Positions 18,158 through 26,661 of a DNA stretch of 32,000 nt are shown here, piece by piece. The notes beneath the pieces were generated by a model, which saw only the letters and a list, made by a program, of their open reading frames with translations, searched no databases and was not told the DNA's origin. Source of the DNA: Nitrospira sp. (GTDB lineage: Bacteria > Nitrospirota > Nitrospiria > Nitrospirales > Nitrospiraceae); the NCBI GenBank assembly GCA_024760545.1, contig CP060501.1, forward strand, positions 2,588,036 through 2,620,035, read 5' to 3'. A program made the translations under genes and the position numbers. Numbering within the stretch: the first letter of the stretch is position 1; the number at the start of each line of letters is the position of its first letter.

Positions 18158-18496
18158 ATGGCCGGTATGGCTTTCCGTTTTCCCCTGATTTCATCAGCAA
18201 TCCGCATGTCCAACGCTCACGATGATATTGAGGAGAAGGTGAAGCTCATCACAAAGTGCCTAGCACAAATCATCTATGTGATCGAAATCGGGGAATATGG
18301 TGAACTCGTGGTCTGCAAGGATGGCAACAAGGTCTTCGAATTTGGATGCTTTCGTCCTGCCATGGAAGCCATGCGCATTGACCACCTCCAGCCGTTCATG
18401 GAAACCAAGGTCATTCCGACGATGCTTCAGTATCCAGGTCAAATGATCTACTTTGGGACTCATGGGCTCAGCGTCACGAAAAGGCATGTATGCTGA
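18158..18496 (+). CDS. Hypothetical protein (96-112 aa)
   Basis: ORF with non-biased composition. Internal start ATG 18206 (MSNAHDDIEEKV) is possible. No SD and no recognised family. Confidence 0.35.
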   Translation: MAGMAFRFPLISSAIRMSNAHDDIEEKVKLITKCLAQIIYVIEIGEYGELVVCKDGNKVFEFGCFRPAMEAMRIDHLQPFMETKVIPTMLQYPGQMIYFGTHGLSVTKRHVC

Positions 18497-19235
18497 TACC
18501 CATAGGAAGCGGGTCATTGAGTAAAGAAGCCGTTGGCACAAGACTGCTTATCGCCTCGCCTCCAATGACGGGATTTGATCTGCTCCCCTGATTTTGGACA
18601 GGTCGAATCGTGTGTATGACGACTCACGCCGCACGAGACTCGGCTGGCGACTGCATGGCCAATGCACTGTGCTGCGCCTGGTGATTGTAGTGTTCGATTC
18701 ACTGCGGGAGTTGACGCGCGACGGCGTCCACTGTTTCCAGACTCACCTTAGAGACATGATCCCGCATGAAACTTCCAAAGAATCCCGATGTGGCCGACTG
18801 ATCAAAACTAGGAAGAAACCCTTCCTTCAGCGGTAAGCCACTGATTAGTCCTCAGGAAATCCTGGCGGGAGGCCGACAAAGTTCCCAATGTTCAGGCAAA
18901 ATCGTTTACAAGTGATAGCATTGATAGGATACCTAATGTTACACTCCACATCTCTGTACTCGAGAAGTGCTTATGCATCCTCAAGGCCAAAGAGCCCGGT
19001 CATCTGACGTGACTGAGGCTTGGGTGATGACCCCGATCGCGCGCCGGGAACAACCGAGAGATCGGTGTTGCTCCGCGGTGGTTTTCCGTACGATTGTCTC
19101 TCCTGATCTCCCCGGGGAGTGCTCCCGCTCTGTTCATGATATCTGTCCGGAACATGTGGGGCACCTGGCGACCCAGCTCTCGAAGTCCTCGGCGCGGGGC
19201 CTCGCCTTCGCTCCTGTCTTGAGGAGTCTGATCCG

Positions 19236-21992
19236 ATGAGGGGCAAGCTGAGCCGTCTCAAATTTGTAGGGATCGTCCTGGCTCTGGCCGCCGTCTATGT
19301 CGTCGCGGCCAAACTCGGACTGATGTTGGCGTTTGTGCACGCCAGCGCCACGGCGGTGTGGCCACCCACAGGGATGACGCTGGCCGCGTTCCTGATCTTC
19401 CGTTATCGGGTCTGGCCAGGTATTTTCCTCGGCGCATTCCTGGCCAACCAACTCACCGCTGGGTCGATCCAGACGTCACTTGGTATCGCAATGGGCAACA
19501 CGCTTGAAGGACTCATAGGCGCATATCTGATGAACCGATATGCCAATGGTCAGCATGCCTTTTCCTCTGCACCCGGAGTGTTGAAGTTCGCGGCGCTTGC
19601 CGGATTGATAAGCACCACCATCAGTGCCACCTTCGGAGTGAGCAGTCTTGCAGCGGGCGGCTATGCGAGTTGGGCCAACTACCCCTCGATTTGGATGACT
19701 TGGTGGCTGGGCGATATCGCAGGGAACCTCCTCGTGGCTCCCACCCTCGTCCTGTGGTCACAACGTCCACAGGTGCGATGGAATCGTGACCAGGCGTTTG
19801 AAGCAGCCGTCTCGATGGTCGTACTCCTTAGCATGGGCCTGGCCCTATTCACCAATGTAGTCCAAGGGACCATAAAGAATTATCCGCTCGTGTTTCTGGT
19901 CGTCGCGAGCCTTGTCTGGATCGCCGCCCGCTTCAGTGAGCGTGACACCGTCACCGCGACGTTCCTGCTTTCAGGGATCGCCATATGGGGCACCCTGCAG
20001 GGCTCCGGGCCCTTTATCAGGGAGTCGCCGAATGAGTCCCTCCTGGTCTTGCAATCCTTTCTGTGTCTCATCGGCATCATGAGCTTGGCGCTGGCGGCGA
20101 GTATTTCAGAGAGGAAACGGGCCGAGGCCGCCGTGCGTGACACGCATGACGCATTGGAACAGAAAGTGACAGCACGAACGAGCGACCTCTCCGCGGCAAA
20201 CCGGGAGCTGGAAAAAGAAGTGGCCGAGCGTCGGCACACCGAAGCGCGATTGCATGAGCGAACGGATGCATTACGCGAGAGCGAAGCCCGAGTGACCGCC
20301 TATGCGCAGGAGCTGGAGCAGAAAAACCGCGACCTCGACCGGGCGTTAGTCGAGGCGCAAGCCGCCACACAAGCCAAATCCGCCTTCCTCGCCGTCATGA
20401 GCCATGAAATTCGTACGCCCCTGAACGCCATCATGGGGTGTAACGGACTCTTGCTCGATACACTCCTGACTCCCGCGCAGCAGGACTACGCCGAGGATGT
20501 GCAGCGGTCTAGCGAAGCCCTGCTCGACATCATCAACGACATTCTTGATTTCTCGAAGTTCGAGGCGGGTAGATTGACGTTTGAGACGATCGATTTTGAC
20601 CTCCGGACCACCGTCGAAGAGGCACTGGATCTCTTTGCCAAACCGGCACAGCGCAAGGGCCTGGAATTGGGTTGTCTCCTGCATGCGGAAGTGCCCACGG
20701 CATTACGGGGGGACCCCGGCCGATTGCATCAAATCCTTATCAATCTTATTGGCAATGCGGTCAAGTTCACCCAACAGGGCGAAGTGATGATGCATGTGAC
20801 ACGGAGCACGGCGACCGCCGAGCGCACCCTGATCGAATTTGCCGTGGTCGACACGGGGATCGGCATTGCCCCCGAGGTACAGGAGCGTCTGTTCAAACCG
20901 TTTACCCAGGCGGACACCTCGACCACGCGCCAGTTTGGCGGCACCGGACTGGGCCTTGCCATTTGCAAACAGCTCGTGGAACAGATGGGCGGGCAGATCG
21001 GCATAGAGAGTACGCTCGGTCAAGGAAGCACGTTCCGGTTTACGGTGTGGCTGACCCACCAGCAGACGCGCGCGACAGCATTGCCAAAAGGGTCTCTCGC
21101 GGGCCGGCGAGTCTGCATTGTGGATGACAATGCCACCAACCGACGTATCCTGGAACAATATGCGTTTCAGTGGGGTCTCCAAAGCGCCACCGCCTCGGAT
21201 GGATATGAAGCCCTCACTCTGCTGAAAGGAGCGGCGGCCCGAGGCGAACCCTTTGATGTGGCGATCCTCGATTTGCAGATGCCACGCATGAACGGACTGG
21301 AGTTGGCGCAGAAAATCAAATCTGATCCCCAGCTGACGGCTATCCCCCTGGTCTTACTGACCTCAATGGGAATGCGGGGGCAGGCTGAAGAAGCGAAACA
21401 GGTCGGGATTGCCGCCTACCTAACCAAGCCCGTCCATCGCACGGACTTATACGACTGTCTGACTATGATTGTGGACAGGCCGGCCCAGGCATCCCCTGAC
21501 GTACTGGAGGTGGGGGCCGCGAGTCGCCCCCGCGATGTGTTGGTGACCCGTCATGTCATTAAGGAAGCCGCCAAGGCGGCACGCCCCCGTATTCTCGTGG
21601 CAGAGGACAATATTGTGAACCAGAAAATCGCGGTGGTTCTGTTGGAAAAGCTCGGTTACCGGGCCGATGTCGTGGCTAACGGACTCGAAGCCGTCGACGC
21701 GGTCGCTCGAATCAGGTATGCCTTGGTCTTGATGGATTGCCAAATGCCCGAGATGGATGGTTGGGAGGCCACGGCGATGATCCGAAAAGAGGAAGGGGCA
21801 CGCGGAAGCCACCGGCTTCCCATCATCGCGATCACCGCGAACGCCATGCCTGGGGACCGTGAAAAGTGTCGGAAAGCAGGCATGGACGATTATCTCGCTA
21901 AGCCGGTGACGCTCGACGAGATTCGAGTCCTCTTGGCCCGATGGATTCCGGGCCATTCCGCATCGGCTGTACAAAAGGAGTCTGTGTCGTAG
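19236..21992 (+). CDS. Hybrid sensor histidine kinase: MASE1 membrane sensor, coiled coil, HisKA, HATPase_c, two receiver domains
   Basis: The N-terminal ~300 aa are polytopic with MASE1-like [33 protein letters not shown]-box [15 protein letters not shown] boxes [32 protein letters not shown]1: [32 protein letters not shown]2: [29 protein letters not shown]. Confidence 0.9.
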   Translation: MRGKLSRLKFVGIVLALAAVYVVAAKLGLMLAFVHASATAVWPPTGMTLAAFLIFRYRVWPGIFLGAFLANQLTAGSIQTSLGIAMGNTLEGLIGAYLMNRYANGQHAFSSAPGVLKFAALAGLISTTISATFGVSSLAAGGYASWANYPSIWMTWWLGDIAGNLLVAPTLVLWSQRPQVRWNRDQAFEAAVSMVVLLSMGLALFTNVVQGTIKNYPLVFLVVASLVWIAARFSERDTVTATFLLSGIAIWGTLQGSGPFIRESPNESLLVLQSFLCLIGIMSLALAASISERKRAEAAVRDTHDALEQKVTARTSDLSAANRELEKEVAERRHTEARLHERTDALRESEARVTAYAQELEQKNRDLDRALVEAQAATQAKSAFLAVMSHEIRTPLNAIMGCNGLLLDTLLTPAQQDYAEDVQRSSEALLDIINDILDFSKFEAGRLTFETIDFDLRTTVEEALDLFAKPAQRKGLELGCLLHAEVPTALRGDPGRLHQILINLIGNAVKFTQQGEVMMHVTRSTATAERTLIEFAVVDTGIGIAPEVQERLFKPFTQADTSTTRQFGGTGLGLAICKQLVEQMGGQIGIESTLGQGSTFRFTVWLTHQQTRATALPKGSLAGRRVCIVDDNATNRRILEQYAFQWGLQSATASDGYEALTLLKGAAARGEPFDVAILDLQMPRMNGLELAQKIKSDPQLTAIPLVLLTSMGMRGQAEEAKQVGIAAYLTKPVHRTDLYDCLTMIVDRPAQASPDVLEVGAASRPRDVLVTRHVIKEAAKAARPRILVAEDNIVNQKIAVVLLEKLGYRADVVANGLEAVDAVARIRYALVLMDCQMPEMDGWEATAMIRKEEGARGSHRLPIIAITANAMPGDREKCRKAGMDDYLAKPVTLDEIRVLLARWIPGHSASAVQKESVS

Positions 21993-22307
21993 GAAAGTTG
22001 ATCCTGTTTTCTCTCTCGTCGATCATCTCAGAATATCTACCGATGTCTCCATTGAGATGATGTGGTCTTGGAGTACCGCGCATTCCCTTGTGCGTCTCTC
22101 CATAAGCTCTTCCTCGATTGGACAGGCCATATCGTTCATTTCTTCGGCCAGCTGCGCCAAGTCGTCAGACTGAGGCTGCTCTGGCCGCGTTCAGTGCACC
22201 GCGTCGCTGGGCCCATATAGAGAATTCTTGCTCACTGTATCCATGAGAGTTATTCATCGGTACCAATATACTCCCATCGGGAGATACCAATCATTGAATG
22301 TTTGTAA

Positions 22308-22352
22308 CTTTTAAGGCGAGGGCCCTGGGTTCGAGTCCCAGTCGGCTAACCA
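22308..22352 (+). repeat. 3' half of a tRNA-Lys(UUU) gene (att-like direct repeat, copy 2); not an intact tRNA
   Basis: 43/45 identical to 12773-12817. Both differences fall in the acceptor 3' strand (TCGGCTA versus CCGGCTC). No complementary 5' half upstream. Confidence 0.8.
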
Positions 22353-22541
22353 ACAAATTCAGTAGGTTTGTCATTGCACCAATTCGCCCATCTTCAAAAT
22401 TGTTCGTGTTCTGTCCGTGAACTATCCCCAACTGAACCCCATTCAGTCCCACATCATATCGTATCGCCCCCCATACAATAATAAATCAAAATTTCCTTCA
22501 CGCGAGCGATCTGGCTATGGTCTGTTCTAAATATGAAGCTT

Positions 22542-23357
22542 TCATTCGTGTTGTTCTTGATGGACGGGACACTCCGTCGTAGGAATGCTAAACAACTGGC
22601 TAAATCCGCCATCCACGACTAAATCAGCTCCTAAGACATAATTGGATTCATCACTGGCCAGATACACCGCGCAATCGGCAATGTCCCTAGCTGTTCCGAA
22701 CCGGCCTAAAGGCACTTTGTGGGTAATTAAGTCCTCCATACCCTTCAATTGCGCTTTCGGCAATCCGAGTCGTTCATAGAGAGGAGTGGCAATCGCCCCA
22801 GGACTGATACAATTGACCCTGATTTTCTTTTCAAGGAGAGCGGAAGAGAAGCTTCGGGCAAAGTTTCGAATGGCCGCTTTCGTGGCTGAGACAACACTGA
22901 GCAGCGGAGCACCGATTTCCGCGAGCCAGGCTCCGCTGAGTATGATGGAACCACCATTCTCAGGAAAATAGGAAATGGCCGATTGAACCGAAAGAAAAAC
23001 ACTTTTCAGGTTAGTATCAAATAACCGGCTTAGCTGCACCTCCGTTGTGCTACCAAGTGGCGTCAATTCAGCAATGCCAGCATTCAAGAAAAGGACATCC
23101 AGTCGGCTTTGCTCCTCTTGTACCCGTTTCAGCACTTGAACGAATCCGCTCGCATCATTCGAATCACAAGAGACCCCAGTTACTTTGCCATAACCCAAGG
23201 AATTCAAGTAATTGACTGTTGCCTCTATTGTTTCCACGTTTCTACCTGTGAAATATACTGTTGCCCCTTCCTCCAGAAAACGCTGGACGGTTTCTCTACC
23301 GATCCCACTATTGCCACCGGTCACCAGAGCCACCTTGTTATTAAGTCGATCACTCAT
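22542..23357 (-). CDS. Short-chain dehydrogenase/reductase (classical SDR fold) with a non-canonical active site
   Basis: TGGNSGIG cofactor motif and the LNAGI motif are present. The expected YxxxK reads VSATK, with Val at the catalytic Tyr position (codon 22890-22892). Confidence 0.85.
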   Translation of the reverse strand: MSDRLNNKVALVTGGNSGIGRETVQRFLEEGATVYFTGRNVETIEATVNYLNSLGYGKVTGVSCDSNDASGFVQVLKRVQEEQSRLDVLFLNAGIAELTPLGSTTEVQLSRLFDTNLKSVFLSVQSAISYFPENGGSIILSGAWLAEIGAPLLSVVSATKAAIRNFARSFSSALLEKKIRVNCISPGAIATPLYERLGLPKAQLKGMEDLITHKVPLGRFGTARDIADCAVYLASDESNYVLGADLVVDGGFSQLFSIPTTECPVHQEQHE

Positions 23358-23516
23358 TTTGTTTGTATCCTTTTGTGTTGTGTTTCACTCAAAACCAAGT
23401 CACCTTATTCACCTGATTTCACTTCCTTCTCTGTCGTGCTTTGGCACTACCGGATTCAGAGACCGAACAGGCTCGAGGCACCATCAAATGTGAAAACTTC
23501 ATAATCCCAGCTCTGC

Positions 23517-24131
23517 CTATAGGGTTAACCCTGTCGGCTGTAGCACGGCCAAGGCTTCGTCCTTCACGACCTCTGTCAGAGCACCAGTGTCGATATCATA
23601 GAAATAGCCAAAGATGTTCACGTGCAGCGGCGTCCCAGCGTGGGCTCGAATGAGTCCCGTATCTCGTTTTAGCGATGCTTCATAATCCTCGATGCAGATG
23701 CTTCCCGGGTCGTAGAGGTTTGAAATGTCCGCATGTTGTTCACGTTTATAGGCATCGATTATCCCTTTGGGGGTAAAAGTCGTCGCTCCACAATAGGAAT
23801 GATGCACCACGACGACATTTTTAAGGCCGAACAGATGCTGTGCGACGGTGATAGAACGTAGCGCATCAATCGCGCGGCCTCCGGCCACGATGACCGGGAA
23901 AAGTGTTGTTGAGCTGGCGACGCGCTTGCCAAACCCGTCAAGGATGACTTCACCTGGAAAGACTTCATTGTCCAACAGTTCGGCCACGGCATTGGGAATA
24001 GCCGCTGCTCGTGGGTCGTAACAATAAATGACAAGAGTCGTGAGTGGCACAGCATGCGAAAACGCCTCGCGGGTTTTGGCCTCATGAAATGTTGGGCTGG
24101 CGCTGAACGCATATCGGTCGAACTGGCTCAT
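23517..24131 (-). CDS. Beta-class carbonic anhydrase-like protein
   Basis: Zinc-ligand motifs CYDPR (CxDxR) and HHSYCGA (HxxC). SD AAGGAGG 7 nt upstream. Confidence 0.7.
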   Translation of the reverse strand: MSQFDRYAFSASPTFHEAKTREAFSHAVPLTTLVIYCYDPRAAAIPNAVAELLDNEVFPGEVILDGFGKRVASSTTLFPVIVAGGRAIDALRSITVAQHLFGLKNVVVVHHSYCGATTFTPKGIIDAYKREQHADISNLYDPGSICIEDYEASLKRDTGLIRAHAGTPLHVNIFGYFYDIDTGALTEVVKDEALAVLQPTGLTL

Positions 24132-24320
24132 GTGTGGGCCTCCTTGTTGAAAGTTGTGCGCTTGGGGCGAAGGATCAAGCCATCCAAAGTGGTCGGTGCA
24201 GTCACTGATTCCTCGCCCGGGCGCGGTTTCTTGCGTGAATTTAGATACAGTAGAGCATCAGGTCGTTAGCGCGACTCGAAGCACCTACCTAGTGCCTGGG
24301 AAATTGCATTGTTAGTCATG

Positions 24321-24347
24321 CTGGCGGCCTTTCTGCAGGGCCGCCAG
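24321..24347 (-). terminator. GC-rich hairpin just downstream of the ABM gene (possible terminator or processing site)
   Basis: CTGGCGGCC, a 9-nt loop, then GGCCGCCAG (9-bp perfect stem), 15 nt past the stop at 24362. There is no U-tract, so this is not a canonical intrinsic terminator. Confidence 0.3.
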
Positions 24348-24361
24348 CCGATCACACTCCT

Positions 24362-24679
24362 TTACGAGACAAGCACCTCCTCCGAAAGCTTGGTGCCCAG
24401 AATCTCTATTTTTTCTATGGAAGGCGGCACGGCTAGTAGATGTGGGGCGTTGGCAAAGAGGGCTTGAGCGATGGGCCCATTGAGATGAGCTTGCCTTCCC
24501 GACTCATCATGAAAAGCATCGAATACTGCGAAGGTGGAGGGACCCAGTCGCAGCGCGAACCACAGCGGAGTGGTGGTTTCTTGATTCGCTAATTCAAGAC
24601 CTTGTTTTAGGAAGGCGGCCGTTTCTTTTTCCTTCCCCGGTTTCGCTTCAAGTCGTACAAAGAATCCTACTGAAAGCAT
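24362..24679 (-). CDS. ABM-domain (antibiotic biosynthesis monooxygenase / YgiN-like) protein
   Basis: About 105 aa with a ferredoxin-like pattern: FFVRLEAKPGKEKETAAFLKQGLELANQE..TPLWFALRLGPSTFAVFDAFHDESGRQAH. SD AAAGGAG 8 nt before ATG 24679; the ORF-track start 24736 is less likely. Confidence 0.7.
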   Translation of the reverse strand: MLSVGFFVRLEAKPGKEKETAAFLKQGLELANQETTTPLWFALRLGPSTFAVFDAFHDESGRQAHLNGPIAQALFANAPHLLAVPPSIEKIEILGTKLSEEVLVS

Positions 24680-24838
24680 GTCTAATTCTCCTTTCAATCG
24701 TTTTTTAATGTTGTTTGAGATGCTGAACGTACTCAATTGATATGAGGTTCAAGCTACGGAGGGCCTCTGCTACTTAGAAACACAGAAGGCATCCTCCAGC
24801 TCCTTGCGTGGGTAGACCAGCTTCTCAAAGGAGCTCCT

Positions 24839-25147
24839 TTAGATTTCCTTTAGGGCGTGGGTCCCGTGGGTGATTGCGCCGCCCGCACGAAGTGCTGCCG
24901 CAGCGAGAATAGTTTCGGCGATCTCAGGTTCCGACGAGCCTGCTTCTCGTGCCCTCGCCACATGAAGCTCAATGCAATAGGGGCATTGAATTGTTAACGC
25001 TACCGCGACGGCAATCAGTTCTTTGTACTTTTTGGGAATGGCTCCCTCCGACCAAGCTGCCTTGTCAAAGGCCCAAAATGCCTTCGTGGCTTCAGGAGCG
25101 TGAACTTCCAACTGTTTTAATCGTCCAAGATTTTTCATTTCATACAT
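24839..25147 (-). CDS. Carboxymuconolactone decarboxylase (CMD/AhpD-like) family protein
   Basis: KYKELIAVAVALTIQCPYCIELHV carries the CMD-family CxxC core. SD AGGAGG 5 nt upstream. Confidence 0.8.
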   Translation of the reverse strand: MYEMKNLGRLKQLEVHAPEATKAFWAFDKAAWSEGAIPKKYKELIAVAVALTIQCPYCIELHVARAREAGSSEPEIAETILAAAALRAGGAITHGTHALKEI

Positions 25148-25328
25148 GCTGACCTCCTAGAGTGTGTGAGATTGAAAACATGTTGTGCAGGTTGCACAGT
25201 AAGAGTAACGGCGGGTTTTTGCCTTACCCGAATGACTGATTCTCTTAACAGGAGCGTGCTAAACTGCGTTTAATTTGATTGGATGACTGGCATACTTTGC
25301 CGAAACGCCCGCAGCGCAGCGGAATGAT

Positions 25329-26300
25329 ATGGATGTCTTGTCCGAGGTTCTTGAAGCCATCAAACTCGACGGCGCCGTGTTTTACAATGCGGAATTTTCA
25401 GCGCCCTGGTGCTTTTACTCCCCTCCTTCGACCGTGCTCGCGCCGTATCTGTCTGTCGGCGCCAAACATGTCATCATCTTCCACTTGCTGACCGACGGTC
25501 ACGGTTATGCAGAAGTCGAAGGCAATAGTCTTCCGCTTCCCCTCAGTGCCGGGGATTTGGTCATCCTTCCTCATGGAGACCCGCATGCATTGAGAAACGG
25601 GCCGGTGGTCAAACCGAGCGACAATGGAGAGCAGGTGAGACAAGTATTGGCGCAAGGTCTAAAGGTTGCGCGCATGGGTGGAGGCGGAGAAGTCGCCAAA
25701 TTCATCTGCGGATATATGGCGTGTGATCCGCAGCTTAGCCGGCTTATCCTGGGAGGGCTGCCACCCATTCTAAAGGTCAATGTGCGCACAGATGCCTCGA
25801 GCCATTGGCTCGAGCAAACCATCCGCTATTCAGTGGATCATGCAGATCGGTCTCAGCCCGGTAATCGAGCGGTGCTCGCACGGCTATCAGAAGTCTTGTT
25901 CATCGAGACGCTGCGGCAATATATCGCCGCACTCTCCCCTGAACAGAGAGGATGGTTGGCAGGCGTTCGTGACCCAGAAGTCGGAAGAGTCTTAGCCCTC
26001 TTGCATCGCAACCCCGCGCACCCTTGGACGATCGCATCCCTCACAAAAGAGATAGGGATTTCTCGATCCGTGCTGACGGAGCGATTTCGGCGATATCTCT
26101 CGGAAAGCCCGATGTCGTATCTTGCACGGTGGCGACTGTCCCTCGGAGCGCAACTCCTCCGATCTACGAGCAACAGTGTGGCCCATATTGCTGGTGAGGT
26201 CGGTTATGAATCGGAACCCTCCTTCAACCGCGCATTCAAACGGCAGTTCGGCCTTCCACCGGCCCGGTTCCGCAGCCAATCAAAAGCAACTGCACGCTGA
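25329..26300 (+). CDS. AraC-family transcriptional regulator (cupin-like N-terminal domain + HTH_18)
   Basis: The N-terminus (VFYNAEFSAPWCF...ILPHGDPHAL) is cupin/AraC-binding-like. The C-terminus has a double HTH: WTIASLTKEIGISRSVLTERFRRYLSESPMSYLARWRL...VAHIAGEVGYESEPSFNRAFKRQFGLPPARFR. Divergent from the four-gene cluster. Confidence 0.9.
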   Translation: MDVLSEVLEAIKLDGAVFYNAEFSAPWCFYSPPSTVLAPYLSVGAKHVIIFHLLTDGHGYAEVEGNSLPLPLSAGDLVILPHGDPHALRNGPVVKPSDNGEQVRQVLAQGLKVARMGGGGEVAKFICGYMACDPQLSRLILGGLPPILKVNVRTDASSHWLEQTIRYSVDHADRSQPGNRAVLARLSEVLFIETLRQYIAALSPEQRGWLAGVRDPEVGRVLALLHRNPAHPWTIASLTKEIGISRSVLTERFRRYLSESPMSYLARWRLSLGAQLLRSTSNSVAHIAGEVGYESEPSFNRAFKRQFGLPPARFRSQSKATAR

Positions 26301-26367
26301 CCTTCCCTCCGAAAACTAGATCATTGGGAAGGAAGTACTGCGGAGATGGGCTTAATAGGAGGGGGGC

Positions 26368-26625
26368 ATGACACGTAAACGGCACACGGAAGAACAGATT
26401 GTAAGCTCCCCGCAATCGTAGACAGCCAACAGGAGAACTTTCTGGCAGTATAGCCACCCTAACCAGGAGGTTTTCATGCGGCAGTCGAAGTTCACCGAAA
26501 CCCAAATCGTGTCGATCACTGCGCCAGATTCATTCGTTTCTCCGGGCCGTATCATCCGGCCTGAAGGTCACGGAGACCATGCTATGTGGGTGACCGACCT
26601 CATCCGATTTTTTGGAGGTATAGGG
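26368..26625 (+). pseudogene. Remnants of IS3-family orfA/orfB (two truncated N-termini)
   Basis: SD+ATG 26368 encodes MTRKRHTEEQIV, then stops after 17 codons. SD AGGAGG+ATG 26476 encodes MRQSKFTETQIVSI..., running into ..HAMWVTDLIRF, which resembles the first-Asp motif of OrfB. Both openings resemble IS3/IS407-type OrfA starts (M-x-K/R-x-R/K-F/H-T-E-E-Q-I). Confidence 0.55.
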
Positions 26626-26661
26626 AGTGCCGGCGTGCTGAACGAACTGCAAGTGAGGCTC

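Noticed and set aside
17758-18213. 151-aa minus-strand ORF
   Set aside because: It is antisense to the SD-led 56-aa Cys-rich ORF and to the start of the 18158 ORF. It is Arg/Ala-rich, has no SD and shows no recognisable domain.
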